Assembly (NCBI GenBank): GCA_964594455.1
Contig: CAZQLY010000001.1
Coordinates: forward strand, 97-64,096
Direction: 5' to 3'
Length of the DNA stretch: 64,000 nt
Source: an uncultured Gammaproteobacteria bacterium
Lineage (GTDB): Bacteria; Patescibacteriota; Patescibacteriia; JAHIZJ01
Shown: positions 49,184-58,400 of the stretch, one piece after another
How positions within the stretch are numbered: position 1 is the stretch's first letter
Layout of the letters: every line of letters starts with the position of its first letter
Program-made: the position numbers and the translations under genes
The notes under the pieces: generated by a model
Seen by the model: only the letters and a program-made list of their open reading frames with translations
What the model was told of the DNA's origin: nothing
The model's database searches: none

Positions 49184-50374
49184 ATGACCATTATAACGGC
49201 CAAAAAAGCTATAAGTCAAACGGTTTTCTCCGGTCTAGCTTGTCTGGGGATTTTTTTAGTATTTACTACTCCGGCTCAAGCCCAGGAACGTTTAGCAGAC
49301 GTTCATCTGGATACTGCTACAATTGAAAAAGGCTATACAGTTTCTACGCCTGAAAGCAACTTCCGTTTGGGCGTTTTGCCCGGAGTTTTGCATCAAACAG
49401 TCAAGGTTACTCTCAAGACATTTGACGCTGAGGATATAACATTGCCGGAAAACAAGATTTTGGTCAGCCCCTTGATCGAATATGATCTCAGAGGAGATAC
49501 AAATCCTTTGCTGATTGATCAGCCTTTGGCTTTAACTTTTTCTTATGAGTCAGACAATTACTATCCTAAAAAAGTTTATTTCTGGAATTCAACGACTGGG
49601 GGTTGGGTAGAACTACCCGGCCAAGAAGTTTGGGACCAATCATTAGTTCAGGCGGTGAGTCATTTGCCTTACTCTGTTTTAGCAGTCTTTGAAGATTTAC
49701 CGCCCAGTCATGCTGTGGCCTCGTTCGACTTTTTGTCTGAGGACGCTGCTTTGGGTCAGAGCGTGGCTTTTGATGATCGGTCTTTTAAGGTGGAAATGGT
49801 TGAAGGTGCCGTCCAAAACAGGGTTAAGATAAATTTAAAAGACAAAGAAGTACTCCCGGGCGATGTACCTGAGGGACTGACTCTAGTCTCTCCATTGTAT
49901 CAATTTCATGTTTACACAACTGAAGAGGAGACTGTAGCCGAGCCGATGTATGTGAATGTTAAATATTACTCTCCCAACTTAACTGAAAAATCATTACGCT
50001 ATTGGGATGGTAATAGGAATGATTGGGTGGAATTACCCAGTGACGTTGATTATGATGGCTGGAAAGTGCGAGGTATGATACATTTACCTTATGCCGTGGT
50101 TGGCGTCTTTGAAACGGATGAAATAACAGTCCAGGAAGGGGTGGCCAGCTGGTATTACAGTAGCCGATATCCGTTTGGGGCGGCCAATAATGAGTTTGAG
50201 TATGACACTCAGCTCCGGGTAACAAATTTGGAAAACGGCCAGTCGGTAGTAGTAACTGTTGTTTCGCGTGGCCCTTTTGTGCCAGGCAGGGTAATAGACT
50301 TGTCCAAAACCGCTTTTTCCGAAATAGCCGATGCCTGGCAAGGAGTAATTAACGTAAGAGTGGAAAAATTATAG
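49184..50374 (+). CDS. Secreted protein with two N-terminal repeats and a C-terminal RlpA-like (DPBB) domain
   Basis: EGVASWY, LRVTNLENGQSVVV...RGPF..GRVIDLS. Confidence 0.85.
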   Translation: MTIITAKKAISQTVFSGLACLGIFLVFTTPAQAQERLADVHLDTATIEKGYTVSTPESNFRLGVLPGVLHQTVKVTLKTFDAEDITLPENKILVSPLIEYDLRGDTNPLLIDQPLALTFSYESDNYYPKKVYFWNSTTGGWVELPGQEVWDQSLVQAVSHLPYSVLAVFEDLPPSHAVASFDFLSEDAALGQSVAFDDRSFKVEMVEGAVQNRVKINLKDKEVLPGDVPEGLTLVSPLYQFHVYTTEEETVAEPMYVNVKYYSPNLTEKSLRYWDGNRNDWVELPSDVDYDGWKVRGMIHLPYAVVGVFETDEITVQEGVASWYYSSRYPFGAANNEFEYDTQLRVTNLENGQSVVVTVVSRGPFVPGRVIDLSKTAFSEIADAWQGVINVRVEKL

Positions 50375-50377
50375 ACC

Positions 50378-51058
50378 ATGATACGCTTTAAAAACGTAAC
50401 CAAGGTATTTAAACCAGAAACCATGGCCTTAAAGGGCCTCAGTCTTCATATCCGTCCGGGAGAATTTGTTTCCGTCGTTGGACAGTCTGGTACTGGGAAA
50501 ACAACCTTGGCGCGTTTGATAATTGCTGAGGAAAAAGTATCTAAAGGCAAGATAGTTGTGGGTGGCTGGGATATTACCAATATCAAACAAAACGAAGTGC
50601 CCATTCTCCGGAGGCAGATCGGGGTGGTTTTTCAAGATTTTAAGCTATTGCCCAGAAAGACTGTTTATGAAAATGTGGCTTTTGCCTTGGAAGTGGCTGG
50701 AGCTCAGCCGGAAAAGATGAGAAACATCGTTCCCCAGGCTTTAAAGATAGTAAACCTAGAAAAGAAATTTGACCGTTTTCCTAATCAACTGTCGGGCGGA
50801 GAACAGCAGCGTGTCGTGATTGCTCGCTCATTAGTGCATCGACCCAAGATTATTATTGCCGATGAGCCAACTGGCAACTTGGACTCAATCAATGTTCAAG
50901 AGATTATAGACTTATTATTGAAGATCAATAAATTTGGAACCACTGTAGTGTTAGTTACTCACAATCGAGACATTGTTAATTCTTTGCGTAAACGTGTCAT
51001 TACCCTGGATCAAGGTCAAATAATATCAGATCAAGAGGCTGGTAAGTATTTACTCTAA
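50378..51058 (+). CDS. ftsE: Cell division ATP-binding protein FtsE
   Basis: [34 protein letters not shown]; adjacent to ftsX. Confidence 0.93.
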   Translation: MIRFKNVTKVFKPETMALKGLSLHIRPGEFVSVVGQSGTGKTTLARLIIAEEKVSKGKIVVGGWDITNIKQNEVPILRRQIGVVFQDFKLLPRKTVYENVAFALEVAGAQPEKMRNIVPQALKIVNLEKKFDRFPNQLSGGEQQRVVIARSLVHRPKIIIADEPTGNLDSINVQEIIDLLLKINKFGTTVVLVTHNRDIVNSLRKRVITLDQGQIISDQEAGKYLL

Positions 51059-51062
51059 TAAT

Positions 51063-51974
51063 ATGATTTCTCTTTATCGAGCTCTTAAATTCGCCTTTCA
51101 AAGTTTTTACCGAAACTTCTGGTTGTCAGCTGCAACAATTTTGATTTTGGTTTTGACGCTTTTTGCCGTTAGCTTGTTGGGTACCATAAACTTGATCGGC
51201 GATCGGGCTATCCAGTCGGTCAAAGACAAAGTTGATTTGAGCGTCTACTTTTATCCTGATGTGGCAGAAAAGGAAGTTAAAACAGTCCAAGCTCAGCTGC
51301 AGTCATTATCTAGCGTTAAAACCATAGAGTATATACCAGAAGAAGAAGCTCTCGAACAATTTAAAGAAAAGCACCAGGATGATCCGGTAATCCAGGAGAC
51401 TTTGGAAATATTAGAAGATAATCCTCTGGGAGCCACGTTAGTTATCCAGGCCAAGGATATTGATCGCTATGCTGAAATATCCGAAGTCTTGGCTGATCCG
51501 GATTACGCTGAACTGATTTATGATAAAGATATTGAAGATTATCAAACCGTTATACAGCGTTTGGGCAATCTAACGGATCGGATTTATCAGATAGCCTTGA
51601 TAGTTAGCTTAATATTTGTGATAGTGGCCGTGCTAGTAATTTTCAATACCATTCGTATTACTATTTATACCCACCGGGAAGAAATCGGCATTATGAGGCT
51701 AGTCGGTGCTACTAACTGGTTTATTCGCGGACCTTTCATTTTGGAAAGCGTGATTTATGCCGTTATCGGAACAGTCATTACTACTGGCATCCTTTACCCA
51801 ATCCTCAGAGTGGCCTCACCTAGAATCAGTGATTTTTTTGATGGTTATAATTTAAACCTATCGACTTATTTTGCCGATCACTTCCTGGAAATATTTGCTC
51901 TCCAGCTGATAGTGGCTATAGTTTTGGCGGTAGTTTCGTCAATCGTAGCAGTGGGCCGGCATTTACGGGTTTAG
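51063..51974 (+). CDS. ftsX: Cell division permease FtsX
   Basis: NTIRITI..REEI.IMRLVGAT.WFIRGPF. Confidence 0.93.
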   Translation: MISLYRALKFAFQSFYRNFWLSAATILILVLTLFAVSLLGTINLIGDRAIQSVKDKVDLSVYFYPDVAEKEVKTVQAQLQSLSSVKTIEYIPEEEALEQFKEKHQDDPVIQETLEILEDNPLGATLVIQAKDIDRYAEISEVLADPDYAELIYDKDIEDYQTVIQRLGNLTDRIYQIALIVSLIFVIVAVLVIFNTIRITIYTHREEIGIMRLVGATNWFIRGPFILESVIYAVIGTVITTGILYPILRVASPRISDFFDGYNLNLSTYFADHFLEIFALQLIVAIVLAVVSSIVAVGRHLRV

Positions 51975-51997
51975 TAAAATAAAAATCACGGCCTTAG

Positions 51998-52068
51998 CTG
52001 CCGGACCAGGATTCGAACCTGGATAGCCGCCTTCAAAGGGCGGAGTCCTACCGTTAGACGATCCGGCA
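51998..52068 (-). tRNA. tRNA-Gln(TTG)
   Basis: TGCCGGA...CCGCC-CTTTGAA-GGCGG...GGTTCGAATCC...TCCGGCAG; CCA not encoded. Confidence 0.93.
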
Positions 52069-52132
52069 GCCAAAACCGCGAAATATTTGACTTACTTAAT
52101 AGATTCTAGCAGATTTAGTTAAAAATTCAAGT

Positions 52133-52501
52133 ATGGGTAGTATAATAGAGACAAACGATACGCTCCAGATCACTCGGGAACAAGGATTTCCTGAGGAGTT
52201 GGATTATGATCAGCATCAAGCCAAACCTTTTACAGCTGACGATTTCAAGGACCGGGTATTTGAATTCCAGGACAAGCCAAAGGTTAGGATCTTCCACGCT
52301 CCACCTGTACGCAATTTCCTGGTTGAGAACAGAGATGGTAAATGGATCTATTGGGGATTGATTCACGTTATCGAAGAAACACACGATTTAGTTAAGCAGA
52401 CTACGTCCGGTAAATTTACCATCAAATATATTTACACACCCGAAGAAATGAAAAAAGCTCAGGACATGCTGGATCGTCGGCCGGACGTAACAATAAAATA
52501 A
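52133..52501 (+). CDS. Hypothetical protein
   Basis: 122 aa ORF (IETNDTLQIT.EQGFP...GKWIYWG). Confidence 0.8.
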   Translation: MGSIIETNDTLQITREQGFPEELDYDQHQAKPFTADDFKDRVFEFQDKPKVRIFHAPPVRNFLVENRDGKWIYWGLIHVIEETHDLVKQTTSGKFTIKYIYTPEEMKKAQDMLDRRPDVTIK

Positions 52502-52503
52502 CA

Positions 52504-53460
52504 ATGAGATATTTCACACGCGGACCATTGCTAATAATGATTGCAGCTGCCTTGTGGGCTCTGGATGGATTGATACGTTCTCATTTGACGGAAAACATTC
52601 CGTCAATCGCTATCGTCTTCTATGAGCATTTAGTGGGCTTTATTTTACTGCTGCCGTTTTTTATTAAAGCTTGGAAATCATATAAGACCTTAAACGCCGT
52701 CGAATGGATTCAGTTCATTATTTTAGTATTAGTCAGCAGTGTTTTGGGAACTGCTTTATTCACTGAGGCTTTTGCCCGTAGTGCTGAGTTTTATGATTTT
52801 GTTACTCCAAATCTATTGCAGAAACTTCAGCCGGTATTTGTGGTTTTCTTTTCCTGGTTGATGTTAAGAGAGAAGATTAGCATGAGGTTTATTTCTCTAG
52901 CCGGATTGGCGTTGGTGGGCAGTTACTTGGTAACGTTCGGCTCCGAAACAATTGATTTTTCATTTACCGGCAAAGAAATGGTTTTTGTCCTGGCGATTGG
53001 TGCCGCCCTAGCTTGGGGGTTTGGTACGATATTGAGCAAGCGCGTTTTACAAAAATTATCGTTTAGCGGAGCTACAGCCATGCGGTTTGGGCTAGCTATA
53101 CCAATTAGCTTTATATTCATGCTAGTTCAAGGTAAAAGTTACACCCCAACTGATATTAGCGGGGCGCAGTGGTTACTGTTTTTAGCAATTGCTATAGCTA
53201 CAGGTGCCGGAGCTATATTAATCTATTACCGGGGTTTAAAGATCACCCAAGCCAAAGTTTCTACCTTTGCCGAATTAATGTATCCAATCATGAGTTTAAT
53301 CATTGCTACCACGGCCTGGAATCCTTTTGGTGAACCTCAGAAACTAATGGCCGCTCAAATCGCAGGCATTGTAATATTAATTGGTGCAATTATAGCTATT
53401 GGATTAACAGAATCTCCCTCGAGAAATAATAAAGCAATTGACACTCCGGCCTCAGTTTGA
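52504..53460 (+). CDS. DMT/EamA family transporter
   Basis: About 10 TM in two repeats, LQKLQPVF, YYRGLK. Confidence 0.9.
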   Translation: MRYFTRGPLLIMIAAALWALDGLIRSHLTENIPSIAIVFYEHLVGFILLLPFFIKAWKSYKTLNAVEWIQFIILVLVSSVLGTALFTEAFARSAEFYDFVTPNLLQKLQPVFVVFFSWLMLREKISMRFISLAGLALVGSYLVTFGSETIDFSFTGKEMVFVLAIGAALAWGFGTILSKRVLQKLSFSGATAMRFGLAIPISFIFMLVQGKSYTPTDISGAQWLLFLAIAIATGAGAILIYYRGLKITQAKVSTFAELMYPIMSLIIATTAWNPFGEPQKLMAAQIAGIVILIGAIIAIGLTESPSRNNKAIDTPASV

Positions 53461-53466
53461 TACAAT
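53438..53466 (+). promoter_or_regulatory. Consensus sigma70 promoter for the leader-tRNA-Asn unit
   Basis: TTGACA-17-TACAAT with extended TG. Confidence 0.85.
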
Positions 53467-53474
53467 TAAAATAT

Positions 53475-53522
53475 ATGAAATCAAGAAGCAACAACCAAGC
53501 CAATAATAATAACCAGTTCTGA
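53475..53522 (+). CDS. Putative Asn-rich leader peptide MKSRSNNQANNNNQF
   Basis: ATG a few nt after the predicted TSS; 6 Asn codons in 15; embedded in hairpin 53499-53589. Confidence 0.7.
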   Translation: MKSRSNNQANNNNQF

Positions 53523-53597
53523 CTGGCTTGAGTTAGTTTTGTATAAAGATGAGCCAGTCATAGAACGACTGGTCGTTTTAGTTATTGGCCTCAGTGT

Positions 53598-53670
53598 TCC
53601 GGGATAGTTTAATTGGTAAAACCCTGCACTGTTAATGCAGTGACTCCAGGTTCAAGTCCTGGTCCCGGAG
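53598..53670 (+). tRNA. tRNA-Asn(GTT)
   Basis: TCCGGGA/TCCCGGA acceptor stem, CTGCA-CTGTTAA-TGCAG, GGTTCAAGTCC, G73; CCA not encoded. Confidence 0.92.
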
Positions 53671-53783
53671 CATTGAGGCTTATTTATTATAGAATCTTGA
53701 CATTTACTGAATAATATGATATCATGTTCTGTCTGTTCATTACACATACTATTTACTTGTCACGTTTTACAACGGGATAAACT

Positions 53784-53901
53784 CCGTGGCCATAGCTAAA
53801 AGCGACCGGAGGTCGCCCTGAACTTGATTCAGGGTCTATGAGATTTTGAAACAAGTTCAGAATGACAAACTGGACGGTCGTTTCTAGCTATGGCTGCACG
53901 G
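53784..53901 (+). repeat. Structured leader hairpin with nested REP-like doublet (53812-53866)
   Basis: GCCATAGCTA/TAGCTATGGC outer stem; GTCGCCCTGAACTTG...CAAGTTCAGAATGAC inner element. Confidence 0.7.
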
Positions 53902-53947
53902 TGTAGCCACAAGCAAAAACGGCCAAAAAACATAAGGAGGTCTGACC

Positions 53948-54571
53948 ATGTCGGAAGGCATGCTCGGCAATCTCTCGCTCTCCGAGGTACGGGGACCGAA
54001 GAACGACCTGGATGAGAAACTCGCCAGCAAGCAAGGCCACATGTGGCTTCGCGCCCTGAACCGTTTTCTCCGCCGGGAGAATCCGTGGGGTATTCCTCAG
54101 AACATCGAGGTGACCACAAGAGGCCGCACGGGCGAACAGTGTATAACCTCTCTGGAGGAGCAGAACTTCCGCCTTGGAAGCTATGGGAAAGAACTGCTCC
54201 GAAGCGAGGCGTTTATTGCCACCAACGGCACCATCTACAATCTCGTCGTCATCTATGGTAACGAGTTCGAAGACAGTGAACGTACGAACGCCAACATCAG
54301 AGCCGAAGGGACGCTACGCGGCTATCTCACCCCTCCGATGGAAGTCGCGCCTTACCTGCGTGAAATGTTCTCGGATGAAGACCTGGAACAGATAGGCATC
54401 TGGGCGCTTGTCGTTATGCACGAACCCGTTAACGCTTCGGACGGCTTTGCGCTCGTGCTCGGTGACATCCGCGGCGTTGAGGGTCGATGGCTGGGCACGT
54501 ACGACGGTCACCCTGGCGGCAGGTGGAGTCGTGAGTACGGTTTCGTATTCCTCGCTCCCGCAAGTAATTAG
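53948..54571 (+). CDS. Hypothetical protein, possible DGR-target (CLec-like C-terminus)
   Basis: SD AAGGAGG; C-terminal GRWLGTYDGHPGGRWSREYGFVF motif with many NNC codons. Confidence 0.6.
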   Translation: MSEGMLGNLSLSEVRGPKNDLDEKLASKQGHMWLRALNRFLRRENPWGIPQNIEVTTRGRTGEQCITSLEEQNFRLGSYGKELLRSEAFIATNGTIYNLVVIYGNEFEDSERTNANIRAEGTLRGYLTPPMEVAPYLREMFSDEDLEQIGIWALVVMHEPVNASDGFALVLGDIRGVEGRWLGTYDGHPGGRWSREYGFVFLAPASN

Positions 54572-54638
54572 CTCTTAGAAATTGTGTTCTTAGGTCTCCT
54601 TGACTTTAGAACTCAGCTCTTAGGACTTTGTCCGCTCG

Positions 54639-54691
54639 ACCCGCGCTGTCCTCCTACGCTAAAGCTACGGAGGATGGCGCGGGTGTTTTTT
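54639..54691 (+). terminator. Terminator hairpin with REP-like core CCTACGCTAAAGCTACGG
   Basis: ACCCGCGC...GCGCGGGT followed by T tract. Confidence 0.7.
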
Positions 54692-54966
54692 ATTTTCAAA
54701 AAGTAGCCCCCGGAGCATTGAGGTCAAATGACCATTGACCGAGTTTATGAATGCTGCTAAAATAATTTTGAAACTTATACACATGTCTAACACCAAGCGC
54801 CAACTTAACCGAATTATTAGAAAAGACATTCGTTTTTTCTTTTCTTTTGGTTTTGCGGGCGGTGGAGCATAGAGACAAAGTAGCTACTAGGACACCAAGT
54901 CCAATGACTACCGCCCAAAAGACCAGGCGGTGTTTTTGTTTGCACCTTAAATCAAGGAGGAGAGAA

Positions 54967-55353
54967 ATGAGCTTTGTTAGACATCCTGGTTTTACTGATC
55001 GGGAGTTGAGAGCGCTGAAAGGAGGTGAACAGATGGATTCGGCATTCTGTGGAGATCTGGGCTGGGAAGACGATGACAATCTGCGAGTGGTTAGAGGACG
55101 TATAGTGGATCGAAGTGCACGGGCCGAAGAGCTATGCCGTCAGGCGGCTACCGAAGATCGGGAAGAAGATCTAAGACAAGTCTTAGTAGCAGAGCTGTCC
55201 AAGGATGAGCGGGGTGGTCGCCGAGCCTCCAGATTCTGGCTGACCGTGCCTTTTGGTGAGGCCCCGGGGGTTACTATTCGTATCGAGCCTGACGGCAGGT
55301 GTATCGAAGATGCTACCGGCAGAGTAATCCACCGGCTGGGTAAACAAGTTTAG
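54967..55353 (+). CDS. Hypothetical protein
   Basis: SD AAGGAGG before ATG 54967; downstream terminator. Confidence 0.65.
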   Translation: MSFVRHPGFTDRELRALKGGEQMDSAFCGDLGWEDDDNLRVVRGRIVDRSARAEELCRQAATEDREEDLRQVLVAELSKDERGGRRASRFWLTVPFGEAPGVTIRIEPDGRCIEDATGRVIHRLGKQV

Positions 55354-55476
55354 TTGAGAAAATTGTTCATTCATTGAAAAGCGACCTAATTTCGGCCGCT
55401 TTTTTTTATTTCTTGATTTAAAGTGTAATATTTCATATAATTTAAGAAGAGTATTAAGCCTTTTATTAAAAAACTT

Positions 55477-58400
55477 ATGAAAAAAGCGACCTGGTTAAAA
55501 ATTATTCCAGCCATTGCCTTAGTAGCTCTTTTGGGGCTATTTTTTTATCTTTATGAGCCAGACACTAAAACCACTGAGCCGGGAGACAAACCATTCGTGC
55601 CAGTCAGTATTGAAAACGCTGAAGGCAATTTCAAGCTAACTGCAGAATCTCAAGATAGTCTGGGCATAGAGCCGGACACCAAATTTATCCTGACTAGTCA
55701 GGAAGATGTTTCTAAATCAGAGGTAGAAGAAAGCATAGCTGTTGTTCCGGCTCTAGACTTTGAAGTAAAGGAAACATCAGAAAACAACTTTGAAATAATT
55801 CCGACAGCCTCGTTGACCGAGAACCAGATTTATAAATTTTCTATCGGTACAACAGTAGACGGCCAGGCTTCAGTTGCTTTAGCGGCTGAGGAAGAAACGG
55901 ACGTTACAGAATATCGTTGGGCTTATCAGGTCAAGAAAAACGTGAAGATTACCGGTACGCTGCCGCGTGATAAGGGCACTGGTGTCCCAACCAATTCTGG
56001 AATTGAAGCGACTTTCTCTACAGACACCTTCTATGACTATGATCAGTATTTTGAAATTATGCCTGATGTAAATGGCACTTTTGAAAAGCATAAGAGAACA
56101 GCAGTTTTTGTTCCAGAGGCATTGGAGTCCGATACCTTATACACAGTTACCATCAAAGCTGGTTTGCCATTTGATGGCACTGATGATGTATTGGCTGATG
56201 ATTATACGTTTAAATTTGAGACTACCTCCGGAAGGCAGGCTGGTTATAATTATGATTATTTCTCTTTTCGTGATTCAGTCTATGATTATACTGATCAGTC
56301 AGAACCAGTGCTAGAAGTATATAATTATCCTAAAGATACTGAGCGAGAGTTCACGGTCTATCAGTATCCCAATTATGACACTTTTGCCAATGCTTTATCA
56401 GACTATGTTCAGTATCCAGCCTGGGCGTACTATTCGAGAAATACTTTTACCACATCGACTGATGGACTGACTCAGGTTTTGAATTTCAAGGCTGTGCCAG
56501 AAACTTACCAGTATCGCTATTATGTGGTTTTGCCCAGTACTCTGGAAAATGGATACTATTTGATTGAGACAAAAACCTCTGATCAAACCATTCAGTCATG
56601 GATCCAAGTCAGCGATCAAGCCGCATATTTAAGCGTCAGTAAAATAAACACTTTAGTTTGGTTAAACGATTTAGAGAGCCAGCAGCCGATTGCAGGCGGC
56701 ACAGTAACCATACCTGGGCTTGAGTTGGAAGAAACAACGAATGAGTATGGTATTGCTTTTTTTGAAACTCCGGATGAATTGTCCAGTGATGAACCCGACA
56801 AATCGTATATATTTACTCTAACTGGATCAGATGGGACGAAAACTGTAATTCCTGGTGCCCAGAGCTCGTCATATTACGATTATTCATCAGAAAGCCGCAG
56901 CGACGAATTCTGGCAATATTTGTATGTTGATCGCCCGATTTATCAAAAGTCCGACACAGTAAATTTTTGGGGATTAGCCAAGTTGCGTGGTAGTGAATCA
57001 ATTCCCAGCCAGGCCACGGCCCAGCTTATAGGTTTTGATTATACTAGTTATTATGGTGAAACTACTAATATAGCTGAAACGACAGTCGAGTTAACCGATA
57101 CTGGCACGTATTTAGGTAAGCTATCTTTCCAAAACCTTATTCCCGGCTATTATACCCTTAAGATATTGGTGGATGGGGCAGAAGTTAGCCGATCCAGTGT
57201 TTATATACAAAACTACGTTAAACCCAGCTATATGATAGAGCTGGGTACTGCCAAGAAGGTAATAGTAGAAGATGAGAACAATACGGTTACGGTTAGTTCA
57301 CAGTTTTTTGAAGGCACGCCTGTGCCAAGTGTTGATTTGACCTACAATAGCAGTTTTGGGTCGGGCGGGTTGACCACCGATGAGAATGGTAGTGGATCGT
57401 TTACTTTGACAGCCGATGGAGTATCCAACTATTCCGAAACAGATTATGTCCGGGTTTATGCTGATTCAGCTGAAGCGGCAGATATCAGTTCCGAAGTTCG
57501 CTACCGGGTGTACCCGTCAGATATGTGGCTAGAATATGATTCTGAGGTGGATGAACAAAAAGCCAGCCTGGAGATGGATTTGAATTATTTAGACTTGAAA
57601 GCCATGAACAAGGATGATTATGATCTTTGGAGTGATGAGATTTATTCCGGTCCAGTATCAGATCATAAGATAACTGGTACGGTTAAAAAGGTGGTATACG
57701 ATAAAATTGAGACGGGTCAATATTATGATTTTATCAATAAAGTTACTCGCAAGACCTATCGCTATGATCGACGACTAGAGCCCTACACCAGTTTTGATAT
57801 AACAACTGATACTAATGGCGCGGCATTGTATGAATTCGATGTAGAAAAAGACAGTTCTTATGAAATAGAGACTAGTTATACTGATGATAACAACAGAACA
57901 GTAACCAGCAAACATTTCCTTTGGAGCGGTTATCGTTATTACGATGCCGATTATTCTGATATGGTGCGACTTCAGAATACCGACGAAGATACGATTTATA
58001 GTTTGGATGACCCGGTAAACTTTGCTTTCCTAAAAGGTGATGAACTGTTACCAGACAATGAACAGCCCAATAATTATTTGTATTTCCAAGCCAAAGCCGG
58101 TATCCAAGAATATTGGGTTAATCCGTCATCCAGCTACTCCTTTGATTTTTCTGCCAGCAATATTCCCAATACCTATGTTTATGGTGTGTGGTTTGATGGA
58201 TCCAATTATTCAGCCACGGATTACTATTACTACAGCTATGGGTACGGGATCCAGTACGATACCAGTGATAGTGAAATCAATGTAGAAGTTTCTTCTGACC
58301 AAAGTCAGTACCAACCAGGGGAAGAAGTAACTTTGACCGTAAATACATCTGATTCCAACAGCCAGCCTATATCCGCCCGAGTGAATTTAAATCTAGTTGA

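Larger units (their letters stand above)
53664..54723. mobile_element. About 1-kb mini-island bounded by a 15-bp duplication of the tRNA-Asn 3' end
   Basis: CCCGGAGCATTGAGG at 53664-53678 and 54709-54723; no integrase inside. Confidence 0.65.
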
